Of a stretch of 64,000 bases of DNA, positions 26,626 through 38,429 are shown in pieces. Source of the DNA: Octopus sinensis. Its lineage: Eukaryota. Location: assembly GCF_006345805.1 (NCBI RefSeq), contig NC_043001.1:76260001-76324000 (forward strand). Direction: 5' to 3'. Positions within the stretch are counted from its first letter, which is position 1; each line of letters begins with the position of its first letter. The translations under genes and the position numbers were made by a program. The notes under the pieces were generated by a model. It did no database searches. It was given only the letters and a program-made list of their open reading frames with translations, and was not told the DNA's origin.

Positions 26626-27683
26626 ATTAACCACACCTACAACAATCATTACAAGTATAACATACAAGTGTCACCATTTTGTCTACAGGTCATAGATTTA
26701 AAATTTGTCTTGCAGATTCTACACTTACAAAACACCTACTTATAACGACTGCTACCACAATCACAATCTTACTCAGAAAACATTAATCTGTCGTGTCATC
26801 TTGGCTATTATGACAACTATAAATATATAAATATGTGTATTTGCGAGTGAGTGTGTGGTAGTGGTAGTTGTTACCAATTAATACTATTGGGTTGTCAGAT
26901 AAATTTGTTCGTTTTTTTGTGGGGGGCGGTTTGTTTCGATTTGGCACTCGTTCGTCATGAGTGAAAAAAGCTAAAGAAGAAAATTTATTCAAATTTCAAA
27001 AACAATAAACAAAAGTTGTAGAGGAAGAATAGAGCTACAAAAAGCATAAAACATTACGGAAAAAATATTTTTCGTATAAATTCAAATAACATTGAAAGGA
27101 TTGTTGGTTGGAGGGGGGGCACGAACGAATTTATCTGACAAGCCAATAGTATAACATCCACGAAATTCTGATACTACTAACTACTATAACAACAACAACA
27201 ACAACACTGTACCAAACAGAAGTACTATTTACTGCTAATATACTGCAACCGCTACTGTTCTTTCTACTGCTGAAGTAATGCACACAGGCTTACTGGATAT
27301 TCAACCACTTTTGCACACAACTGCTGCAAAGCTACTTCAATCTCTCCAAGAACTGTTCAACAAGAACTGTACCATTGATAACGCTTACTCTTCGATTACA
27401 ACCAATAATACTGTTATTAAATGTTCATTGCTTTTAATATGCCATTTTATCAAGTCGTCTTTATTGTTAGCACCGATGTTGATGCTGTTTTTGTTGTTAC
27501 CATTTTTCTTGTAATAATTACAAATCTCACCATACCCTTCTCAGCTATTATTCATTTTTTTTTTATCTTGTCATTTCTTTAAATTAATTTTTTTTAATTG
27601 ATTTTCGTTTAAAATTTTGTTTTATGAACGCTTGATTTGAAACTAAAAGGGAAAGTAAAAAAAAAAGAAAAGTACTTCTAATA

Positions 27684-27723
<40 letters not shown>

Positions 27724-28020
27724 GCTAAGTTTATTTTCTCATAGACATTGTAGCTTGCTATACAAATTGACAAAGAAAAATTATTTTAATGATAATAATA
27801 ATTATTATATTATTATTATTAACCAAATAAAATACGAAAAATAATTATTAAAAAAATGTATATTTTGCCAACTTTCAGCTGATTCCAAGTTAATGTTCCA
27901 AAATATTCAGCACAGCCCCATAATTCTGTGAAGTCTGGCGTTTTGTACATGCTATACATACAAGTGTGTATGTGTGTGCGCGCGTGTCTGCATAAATATA
28001 ATCATAAGTAGATATATACG

Positions 28021-28087
<67 letters not shown>

Positions 28088-28418
28088 AGTGCATTTAATT
28101 AATTTAGTTGCAGTGCATATTCATCCAAGGTAGACGTTCCTAAGCAGCTTTATTCAAGGGTTTTTACCCATTCCGATGAGTGAAGCGAACGTTTTGAAGA
28201 TGTATGGTTCTCCATTCTTCTCTATTATGTTTCGATTTTATGAAATCCAATGAATCGAACTCAGAATTTACCTATCGAGTGAAGTACCGTTTAATTTCTT
28301 ATCTTAAACAATTCTTCATGTTCCCTATCATTTGATGTGGTTAGCCACATCTGGATTACATCAGAGTGCTAATAAGGTATCTGGTCGGAATCCAAATCCC
28401 TATTCTTTCACATCTCAT

Positions 28419-28449
<31 letters not shown>

Positions 28450-28472
28450 TTATATATATATACATAAATGCG

Positions 28473-28505
<33 letters not shown>

Positions 28506-29332
28506 TATATATACACAATTTAATAAATAAAACATATGCATACATACATATATGTACATACCTACATCTATATGTATATATACATGTATATATACAGGAC
28601 ACCACAAATAAACGAAGAATACAACGAGAAACGAAAACATAAAATCAAACAAGGAAACGGACTTTTTTTAACAACGAAAAAACAGAGTACAAGACAAACA
28701 ATACAAGAAATATTCCCCTTCTTCAGCTGCCCCTGTTTCGACTCAATGCGTGTTTCGAAGGTAAGGGCAGAACACGATCCGACCGAAGCAATCCTTCCTG
28801 CAAAATGAATTAAATAAAATTCTTTTGCAGAGGGGTAAAAAAAGTGACAAGAACAGGACGTAAAAGCAATACAAATGAAGAAGAAAAAGCAGTACAAATA
28901 AAGAATAAAAAACAGGACAAGGAAACCAACAATAAGGACTTTTTAAAGCCTAGACGGTGGAAAAATTCGTTAGAACGCATTCTGAAGATCGGCTTGCGGA
29001 AGACAGAAGAAAGCCGATGTTGACTTGTTGAAAGCTGTGGGCAGAAAGAAATTTAGTAGCCCTCTGGTCAGCGGCCAGAGAGAGGAGGAGGAGGAGTGAG
29101 AGAGAGAGAGAGAGGAGGAGGAGGAGGAGGAGGAGTGAGAGAGAAAGAGAGGAAAAGAAACCAGAAAGGGTAAAAAATAAGAAGGAGAGAGACAGGTAGA
29201 GAGGAAGACAGACAGGCAGGGAGGAAAGGTCAAGTAAAGAGTTAAGAGTGCGCATCATAATTATTGAAATAAAACATATATATATGTCTGTGTGTCTGTG
29301 TGTGTGTACAAAAATGTTCATACAGAACCAAA

Positions 29333-29650
29333 AGAGAAGACAAAGAAACAAAATAAACTAGCAAAAAATTATTGGATAATTCCAGATCCCGGATTTCTAG
29401 CTCTGCAAAAAAAATTCTTTGCCTTCATCAGTGGAATATATGCAAATAGTACATAAATAGAAATATATATATATAGTTGTTGTGTGTATGATATATATAT
29501 ATATTATATATATATATATTTGTATTTATGTACTATTTGCATATATTCCACTGATGAAGACAAAGCATTTCTTATGCAGAGCCAAAAATCCGGGATCTGG
29601 AATTATCCAATAATTTTTTTGCTAGTTTATTTTGTTTCTTTGTCTTCTCT
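29333..29650. mobile_element. Inverted pair (~140-bp arms, TA-rich spacer) of a hammerhead-bearing Penelope-type terminal repeat
   Basis: 29333-29470 is the reverse complement of ~29515-29650, and each arm contains a hammerhead core. Confidence 0.8.
29379..29437 (-). ncRNA. Type I hammerhead ribozyme motif; mutated mirror copy at 29545-29603 (+)
   Basis: AUUCCA-CUGAUGA-A-GGC..GCU-A-GAAA-UCC G GGA-UC-UGGAAU: 6-bp helix I, near-palindromic helix III and an AUC site. The + strand copy has GAAA changed to AAAA. Confidence 0.7.
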
Positions 29651-29893
29651 CCTGGAGCTATATGAACATTTAATGTAGTTTTAGTCAAGTTTTGGCTAGC
29701 ATGGTAGTATCTCTTTTTTTTTATCTAGTTTCAGCTCACGAGCTGTGGCCATTCTGGGGCACCGCCATTTCGATACCTTTAATTATAATTTTTATTACCT
29801 ATGTGGTTTTTATTCCCATGCTAGCCACCTGATATAATCGGTATTTTAAATAACGATCTTATCCTTATTTATATAAATATATATATATATATG

Positions 29894-29976
<83 letters not shown>

Positions 29977-30249
29977 TAGATCTGAAGATTGGCAATATAA
30001 TCGTTTTAATATGGTATTGTATTTAGAGACATTCTATTTCAGCAACATCGAGGAATATGTTGTCGTGAAACGCGCGTAGAAAGTATATGATTTGAAATAA
30101 GAATTGAAGGTATTAATTTTGATAATTTGGAATAAGAATTGTAGGTATTAATTTTGGTAACTTTAATATTTAGTCCTATATGTACCTATTGTGGATAATG
30201 TCGTTCAATGATGATTGAGTTACTTGATGGTGATTCTGTCTCTTAAACC

Positions 30250-30250
30250 T

Positions 30251-30307
<57 letters not shown>

Positions 30308-30308
30308 C

Positions 30309-30374
<66 letters not shown>

Positions 30375-30520
30375 TAGATAGGTAGGTAGGTAGGTAGGTA
30401 GGTAGGTAGGTAGGTAGGTAGATAGATAGATAGATAGATATGTTTCTTTATTAGCCACACAGGGCTGCACACAGACAGAACAAATTACAAGGTAGAGCTT
30501 ATAGATAGATAGATATGAGT
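30250..30520. repeat. (GATA)n/(GGTA)n microsatellite
   Basis: Seen directly. Confidence 0.95.
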
Positions 30521-31437
30521 TCAGCAAAAATTTAGATTCAGATGAATATGGTACTTAAGTTGAGGCAACAGAATTTAGTACGGTATTATCCATACAATTT
30601 CAAAATAAGGTGATTAGAATCAAAATAAGCAACAAGGATATCCGGAGGATAATGCAGTACGATCGTTTCACGCAACTTTATTTAATTGAACAATTCAACC
30701 ATTACATCAATATAAATGCAAAGCAATCCTCAACTGCACAAAGACATAGAATTTAATTAAATTAATACAGATGGACACATTAGTATAATTTTTGAATTTG
30801 TTCGAAAAGGACTTTCACTTTGAGCAATTTATTCCCACTCTATTGACGAGTGCATTTTTCCTGCTTTATGGACTCTTAGACGACTTGCACACACATTGTG
30901 AGTGTATGTCTGTGTGTGTGCAAAATAAAACTTGAAATTTTGAAAAAAATTGAAATGTCTGTATATATATATATGTATATATACTGAGATGTCTATATGT
31001 ATGCGCCTACCTTTTCCTCTCTTTTTTCTTTACAATATATTTCAATATAATCGTAGTCTACGCCGTCTGAAAAGCAATTGTAGAAAATTTCATAAAAAAT
31101 TATCCGTTTTTCTAAAAGTTATGAGGAAACAAAATCAGAGGTAGGTGAGGCACATTTATGTAGGCATCCCAAGAATAGATGACAATATATTAATGAAATA
31201 CGTAGGAAAGTTAATGAGAAATTTGTATTCAGGAAGGAAGAAACGATTGGTGCCTATCCTAACTAGAAGCTGTTGTTAAAAGTGACTGATATAAGACAAC
31301 CCAGGGTTTTTCAGTGCAAAGTGACTTTATATTAGAGGCACGGAGACCAGATATAAATCGTTGTAGAGTGATGAAGGAAAGTAATTATAAGATGCACGTG
31401 GGGATGTAGCAGAACTCTTTATCACATTCATTTGACT

Positions 31438-31853
31438 GTAATATTAGACATCTTGTCAATTCGGTTGTTTTAACCTTAAATACTGGAGAATTTGGCTCAC
31501 CAGAGCTTTTCTTGGCATCAAGTCACATGACCCAACTGTTGGCCAAATTAGTTGCAGGTATTGGTCGGTTTTAACTGCCCAATCGTGTTTTCAACACAGT
31601 TTGCTCCCAACGCGGGAAAAAGCATCTTTGCCTGTGGAGCCTACTCATGATTATATAAATACCAGTTTCTCCCGCTCTTGGGGTCTTTAGACCAGCCGCC
31701 ATTAACCAGACAACATCCCGTTTCACTACTGTCTTCAACCAGTCGTCGCCCGTCTCCGTCGTTGCAGCAACAGACAGCAGACCACAGCCACATCATCCGA
31801 CCCAACATAACTGAAGTCATTTAAATGTTTATTCCAGACTGTAATATTAACAT
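31438..31853 (+). mobile_element. Possible solo LTR
   Basis: Ends TGTAATATTA..TAATATTAACA; internal TATATAAATA at ~31652 followed by a CpG-rich segment. No TSD found. Confidence 0.3.
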
Positions 31854-32045
31854 AATTCCCTTTGGTAAACTTCTATTATTATATCGAGAGGAATATATCG
31901 TAGCTTGTTCAACTTATCCAAATCTTATCGTTCTTCTTTCCACATCACGTCATTATAAATGGTGACCTAATAAGCTCTTCTTGTTATATACATATCATAT
32001 ATGTATAGAGTGTTAGTGTGGTGTACAGATATATATTATATATAT

Positions 32046-32109
<64 letters not shown>

Positions 32110-32227
32110 CATTTAGGAGTGACCCCAACAGGTCACTCGTCCACCAGAAAGAGCAGCCATAACTCACACCGCCAAGTAGTATTAATTCAGAAATTAGGTG
32201 AAAATTTAAAAACATTTACCCTAATCA

Positions 32228-32328
32228 TCTTTAGACGTTGCAACGTTTCTGTGTCATTAATGATTAAATTAGCTTAATTAAATTAAATTAAGCCAATCTA
32301 TCATAGGTTACACTTCATCAGTAAAAGA
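32228..32328 (-). ncRNA. Type I hammerhead ribozyme, copy 1 (core intact)
   Basis: UCUUUUA-CUGAUGA-A-GUGU..long hairpin..ACAC-A-GAAA-CGUUGCAACG-UC-UAAAGA, with a perfect palindromic helix III (ACGUUGCAACGU) and a GUC site. Predicted cut between 32234 and 32233. Confidence 0.78.
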
Positions 32329-32700
32329 CCTGGGAGAGACAAATATACACGAGGCGTCTGTATCGATGCCTACGGGATATCTGACTTAAAATTTTCAAGA
32401 CTGACGTATTCGCGCCAAACTTATCAACAGTAAATATAAACTGCCGATTCAATCTCAGAATTATTCAGAAAATTATCAATTAGTCAATTTAGGGTAGCAA
32501 AAAAATTCAATAGAAATTTATCGCAACCAGCGGCCTGGTGGAAAAGAGAAAATAGTCATCGACTAAATATATAAATATAACAATTTAGGAGTGACCCCAA
32601 CAGGTCACTCGTCCACCAGAAAGAGCAGCCATAACTCACACCGCCAAGTAGTATTAATTCAGAAATTAGGTGAAAATTTAAAAACATTTACCCTAATTCA

Positions 32701-32799
32701 TCTTTTGACGTTGCAACGTTCTGTGTCATTAATGATTAAATTAGCTTAATTAAATTAAATTAAGCCAATCTACCATAGGTACACTTCATCAGTAAAAGA
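32701..32799 (-). ncRNA. Type I hammerhead, copy 2 (GAAA reads GAA)
   Basis: Same motif one period downstream; the single-base deletions may be sequencing errors. Confidence 0.65.
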
Positions 32800-33200
32800 C
32801 CTGGGAGAGACAAATATACACGAGGCGTCTGTATCGATGCCTACGGGATATCTGACTTAAAATTTTCAAGACTGACGTATTCGCGCCAAACTATCAACAG
32901 TAAATATAAACTGCCGATTCAATCTCAGAATTATTCAGAAAATTATCAATAGTCAATTTAGGGTAGCAAAAAAATTCAATAGAAATTTAACCAGGCCGCT
33001 GGTTGCGATAAATTTCTATTGAATTTTTTTGCTACCCTAAATTGACTAATTGATAATTTTCTGAATAATTCTGAGATTGAATCGGCAGTTTATATTTACT
33101 GTTGATAAGTTTGGCGCGAATACGTCAGTCTTGAAAATTTTAAGTCAGATATCCCGTAGGCATCGATACAGACGCCTCGTGTATATTTGTCTCTCCCAGG

Positions 33201-33301
33201 TCTTTTACTGATGAAGTGTAACCTATGGTAGATTGGCTTAATTTAATTTAATTAAGCTAATTTAATCATTAATGACACAGAAAGTTGCAACGTCTAAAAG
33301 A
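33201..33301 (+). ncRNA. Type I hammerhead, copy 3 (inverted; lacks the C after GAAA)
   Basis: TCTTTTA-CTGATGA..GAAA-GTTGCAAC-GTC-TAAAAGA with a perfect 7-bp helix I. Confidence 0.65.
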
Positions 33302-33534
33302 TGAATTAGGGTAAATGTTTTTAAATTTTCACCTAATTTCTGAATTAATACTACTTGGCGTGTGAGTTATGGCTGCTCTTTCTGGTGGACGAGTGACCTG
33401 TTGGGGTCACTCCTAAATTGTTATATTTATATATTAGTCGATGACTATTTTCTCTTTTCCACCAGGCCGCTGGTTGCGATAAATTTCTATTGAATTTTTT
33501 TGCTACCCTAAATTGACTAATATATATATATATA

Positions 33535-34149
33535 TGTAGCGAATCCTGCATGCATAAAGTGGATTCGATCCAACATAGCCAAATTTAAATCAACACTACT
33601 ACAGAACTTTTCCCACGGTGGAACAATGGTTTTTCTCTGACAGCAGTTTTACATTTTCCAGATGCCTTTAGCTAGGCTGAAATAATGTCTTCACTACTTG
33701 ACTCTTTCTAACCTCTTCTACTTCACCAAAAGCTACACTAGATAACAAGACCACCAACTAAATCTATTGTTCTCAAAGATATATCTATCCTTCTGGATCT
33801 TAATATAAGCAAGCACATCCCAAGCAAAAATCAGTCAGTCACATCGTAACAACTCAACGAGGCCTGGCTGACCAACCTTGGTCGGAGGGAGAACTGAAGT
33901 TTTCTGTCAGACAACACCCAACGCTTCTCTCTAGCTTTAATTCTGTTCTCTTACAACATCATGCTATCTGTCTCCACAATTACTACTAACAATGAAGAGA
34001 ACCCAAACTCAAATATTCTACAGCATCTAACTTTCGCGTGCTTTTGGATTTATCATAACCTGCCCGTCGAGGCAAGGTATTGTAACGTAACGGTAAATAA
34101 ATACTTCCTTAAAACTTCATGCATTGTCAATCTTTCATATCTTACAACA
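33535..34149 (+). mobile_element. Possible solo LTR
   Basis: Starts TGTAG at the edge of a (TA)n tract, has AATAAA at 34096-34101 and ends ..CTTACAACA about 45 bp later. No TSD found. Confidence 0.35.
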
Positions 34150-34278
34150 TGCAATTACAACAACAAATACTTATGGTTACCAATAACTCCACCAATATCA
34201 CATAACATTGTTTACCAATTGATATTACCAAATAAATTATTTCCGTTACATATAAATATATATATATATATATATATA

Positions 34279-34668
34279 CTAGCAGTAAGGCCCGGCGTTG
34301 ATCGGGTTTGTTTCGACCCTTTAGAATTGGAATTTTTGAAAAGTAAAAATTTTGCATTATGTAACTTGTTATTCTCTTTGAGTGAACATTTTTCTGGTTG
34401 AAATGCATCGAAAAATGGCGACACAGCAGTATAAAAATCGTAAAAAAATAGGGATTTTCATAGAAAAAAAAGCACCTTTTTGATGTAAATAATTTTTGGT
34501 CTAAACATGGTCCGATTTTAATTTTATCTTCTACGGAATGAAGAGCAAGCCTTCTTCTATCATACTCTCAATTTTGGTCAACTTGCGCCGCAGAGTCACG
34601 GAGGAGATAGTGTCAGTTGAAAGCTACAAAACCTGCCATACACAGACAACTTCAGCTTTATATATAGA
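34279..34668 (-). mobile_element. Complete non-autonomous Helitron-like element
   Basis: Minus strand reads A|TCTATATATAAAGC .. hairpin (cccgatcaacgccggg) .. CTAG|T, with no TSD. A second copy lies at 7662-7932. Confidence 0.75.
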
Positions 34669-35823
34669 TAGTATATATATATGTGTGTGTTGTATTTTTG
34701 TATTTGTGGCCCGTTGACTTTGTTTACATCTTATCTTAAACAAATGGTGAAACAGACCGATAGCATTTTGCTACATGTAGGCGGTGGAGGGCTGTTTGAG
34801 ACCTGTTGATGACTGAATGAAGCAAGATGAAAGGAATATATAGTCAGTCAATCCAGGCGCAGTTGGAACGAAGGGACATAACTAAATACTAGGACAAATC
34901 AACCATATCTTACTCGACTATCTTTGTATTGTACACATTGGACGAACAATCCATGATAGAAGATGAAATGGTCACCATTGGTCCGTCTTTGATTATCAGT
35001 AAAATTTATCGAGATAGAAGTAATCCGCAACAATACTCTCAAGATTTAAATATTATGTGATGCTAGAGTTATTTCCCTTAGATTGAGTGGCTTTTCTTCC
35101 GACATTTTTCCTCTTAAGTTCAAATATTGTCACGGTCGATTTTGCTTTTCATCTTTTCGAGGTCAATAAAACAAGTACTAACTGAGGATTGGGATTTATG
35201 TAATTGACTAACGCCTCCTCTAAAATTACTGGCTTTATGCCAAAGTTTGCAACAATTCATAATGAGTTCTGGCAAATTCGAAAGTAAATGTCTCATCTTT
35301 TTCTTCGGCCATTGTCTCTTCTATTCTCATGAATCAAAGTTCTGATTTCAAATGCCACCGGGGTCGACTTTACCTTTCGTCCTTTCGGGGTTGATGAAGT
35401 AAATTCCAGTTGAGTACCGTGGTCGATGTAATCGACTATCTCTTCCCCCAAAATTTCAGGCCTTTTGCCTATATTAGAAAGGATTATTATTGAGGCCGTT
35501 ATTATTACTGTCGAGCATAGATATATATACATTTATATTCAATTATATTTATGTATATATATATATATATATATACATACATACCTAGTAATTAGGCTGT
35601 TGTGCTCACGATCGAAAGATCATAGGTTTGATTCACTGGCTGGGCAGCGCGTTGAGGAAAACACTTCATTTCACATTGCTCCAGTCTCCTTTTTGATCAG
35701 AGGGATATGTTGGCCTGCTCGCCTAGCCAGTGGGGTGGCGTCATTTCAAGACTAAAACAAGGCAAAAGCGCATTGTGACTAATGATGTGTCACATCTGAT
35801 AGCCTGGTCAGTCATATGATGCG

Positions 35824-35860
<37 letters not shown>

Positions 35861-35982
35861 TTCATTATATTATATTATATTATTATATTATATTATATTA
35901 TATTAGAGGAAAAATCAAAACCACGGCAGAACAAGTATCTCAAGTCATTTAGAATAGTTTAATTAGGGCAAGGTGAATTTGA

Positions 35983-36060
35983 TGTCTTACAGCCGTTTCT
36001 GAGATAACCCAAGTAGTTGATTAACATATCCATGCACTGGGTATTCAATCATCAGAGACA
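35983..36060 (-). ncRNA. Type I hammerhead ribozyme motif, intact core
   Basis: UGUCU-CUGAUGA-U-UGAAUACCCAG..UUGGGUUAUCUCA-GAAA-CG GC UG-UA-AGACA: perfect 5-bp helix I, extended helix II, near-palindromic helix III and a GUA site. Predicted cut between 35988 and 35987. Confidence 0.72.
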
Positions 36061-36322
36061 AGGTATAGATATTTTAGATGGGGGAAAATTTTGTTTACAA
36101 GGAATAAAATTCATAGTTTATAAGGAATACAATAGAATAAAGGAATAAAAAGAAGAATTAAAGGGTAAAAGTACTTAGAAGATAGGCAGGGAAATAATGT
36201 TCACATCTCATCTTTTTCCAGAGGATATGGATGTTGGTTGGTACTTCCATGAAGGTACAGGTTTTTAGTTCAACTAAAAATGTCTTTGCAGCTTTATTAA
36301 TAAAGTGTGTGTGTGTGTATAC

Positions 36323-36362
<40 letters not shown>

Positions 36363-37259
36363 GCACACACACACACACACACATACACACAAAGCTTCTT
36401 TCAGTTACTGACTCACAAGACGAGTATAATCTCTAATTTGTAGACTTTCGTAATAGCTATCACTGACACATGGAGAAGGTAAAAGACACGGAATTGGGTT
36501 CGGTCTCATTGTGGCACCTTATGCAAGTGTCTTCTACTATAGCCCAGAGCTAACCAAACCCTAGTGAGTGGATATAATAGATACAAATTGGAAGAAGTCC
36601 ATTATATATGTATGTGTTTGTGTGTGTGCGTGCTTGCCTTTTTGGCTTTTACCCACCACCACTACTTGTCTTGTGAGAACTGGTGTTGGTTGTGCCAAAC
36701 ATAAAGAAAAATAGGTACTGGGGTAGATTGTCATTGATTTGACAAAACCCTTCAAGGTAGCACCCCCAGCATATCAAAAGTCCAATAAATGAAACAAGTA
36801 AAAGATAAAAGGCATTGATAAAATTAATACCTGTATTTTACAGATAAGAGCACAGATGGTCTGTCCAATACAGATTTGAAATGGAAAATAATGAAACAAA
36901 AGTCATAAATTTACTTGAGGGTGAAAATGAAAATATATAGCTTTAAAACTAAAGATGTCTCAAGATAATGCTACAGTTATATTGTAAACAAGTTATAAAT
37001 CTATTCTATTCTTGACTGACTATGAAATGGTGAGGCCAGTTGACCATTTTGAGTCATTCCCTTAAAGAAAAGAACCTCTAAAGAAGAGGTTCTGTTCTTA
37101 AAACCTGAAATTGAATGAGTTTCAAAAATTGAGGAGGAGAACAAGTTCCAAATAAGAATGACTTGCAGAGAGAAAGAACATTGTTGAATATCTATATTGC
37201 ATCTAAGTTAAAAGAGATGAATGTAGTCAGACAGTTGGCCAGTTCTGTTGGAGATCATC

Positions 37260-37600
37260 ATTTAACATCCATTTTCCGTGCTAGCACAGGTTGGATGGTT
37301 CGACCGGGGTCTGGGAAGCCAGGAGGCTGCACCAGGCTCCAGTCTGATCAGGCAGTGTTTCTACAGCTGGATGACCTTCCTAACGCCCACCACTCTGTGA
37401 GTGTAGTGGGTGCTTTTTACGTGCCACTGGCACAGGTGCCAGGGGAGGCTGGCAGTGGCCACAATCGGTTGGTGCTTTTTATGTGCCACCGGCACAGAAG
37501 CCAGTCAAGGCAGCGCTGGCATCAGCCACGTTTGGATGGTGCTTTTTACGTGCTGCCAGCACAGGTATCATAACTACAATTTCCATTTGATATTTATTTT
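37260..37600 (-). mobile_element. SINE-like repeat with internal tgccaccggcac-type tandem units and an (ATG)n tail
   Basis: Related copies at 58400-58745, 62870-63325 and shorter ones elsewhere. Confidence 0.7.
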
Positions 37601-37747
37601 GATGTTGATGTACTTGACTCAATAGGTCTCCTCAAGCACAGCAGGTCACCCTATGATCCAAGGTAAGCACAGCAGGTCGTTCTGCAATCCAAGGTACTTT
37701 GGATGGGCTGGGGCTATACGAAACTGGTGCAGGAAGTAGCCATGAAC

Positions 37748-37960
37748 TCACATTATTTGTCGGGTCTTTGCAGTCACAGCATATCTCCAGAGATCTTGGT
37801 CTTTCGTCATTGCGTCTGTGAGGCCCAACATTCGAAGGTCATACTTGACTACCTCGTCCCATGTCTTCCTGGGTCTACCTCTCCCCCTGATACCTTCAAC
37901 TGTTTGGGAGTGGCACTTCTTCACCCATCTCTCCTCATCCATCTGCAGTACATGACCATA
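37748..37960 (-). mobile_element. 3' end of an RTE-clade LINE
   Basis: Translates ..GIRGRGRPRKTWDEVVKYDLRMLGLTDAMTKDQDLWRYAV.., the typical RTE C-terminal GRP..W..D..WR motif. Confidence 0.8.
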
Positions 37961-38429
37961 CCAGCGCAGAATGGAGAAGTAAAGGTAAAGGTAACATTAC
38001 CTCCTCAAGTCATACTTACTCGTAAGGGCCGGTTTCCCAGTTTCATGCCATATATATAATCTCTACCTGGATGGGACACAGGTTCATCACAGAATTACTC
38101 ATTTTTGCCAGTTGAGTGGATTGGAGCAACATGAAGTGAAGTGTTTTGCTCAAGAGCACAACATGTCACCCTGTCCAGGGATCGAAACCAAAATCTTATG
38201 TCCATGAATCCAACACTCTAACCACTATGCAACACTCCTCCACTAGTGGTACTCATTTCTACAACTGAGTGGACTGGAGCAACGTGAAATGAAATGTTTT
38301 GCTCAAGAACCAAATATGTTGCCAGGTCCAGGAATCAGAACCACAATCTTATTATCATGCATCCAACACTCTAATCACTAAGCCACACGCCTCCACTAGA
38401 ATAGAGAAGTGATACTATGTTATTAAGTA

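Larger units (their letters stand above)
32107..33520. repeat. ~472-bp monomer in tandem (about 1.9 units, 32107-32988) followed by an inverted tandem (about 1.1 units, 32991-33520), flanked by (TA)n
   Basis: atttaggagtgacc at 32111 and 32583 (period 472); 32991 onward is the reverse complement of the monomer. Copies differ almost only by single-base indels. Confidence 0.93.

Noticed and set aside
28690-28770. Minus-strand CTGAAGA-AGGGGAATATTTCTT in a repeat fragment
   Set aside because: No GAAA, helix III or cleavage triplet follows helix II. It is at most a truncated remnant.
32107-33520. CRISPR-like or prokaryotic repeat array
   Set aside because: There are no short repeats with unique spacers and no cas or other prokaryotic genes; the context is spliced eukaryotic DNA.
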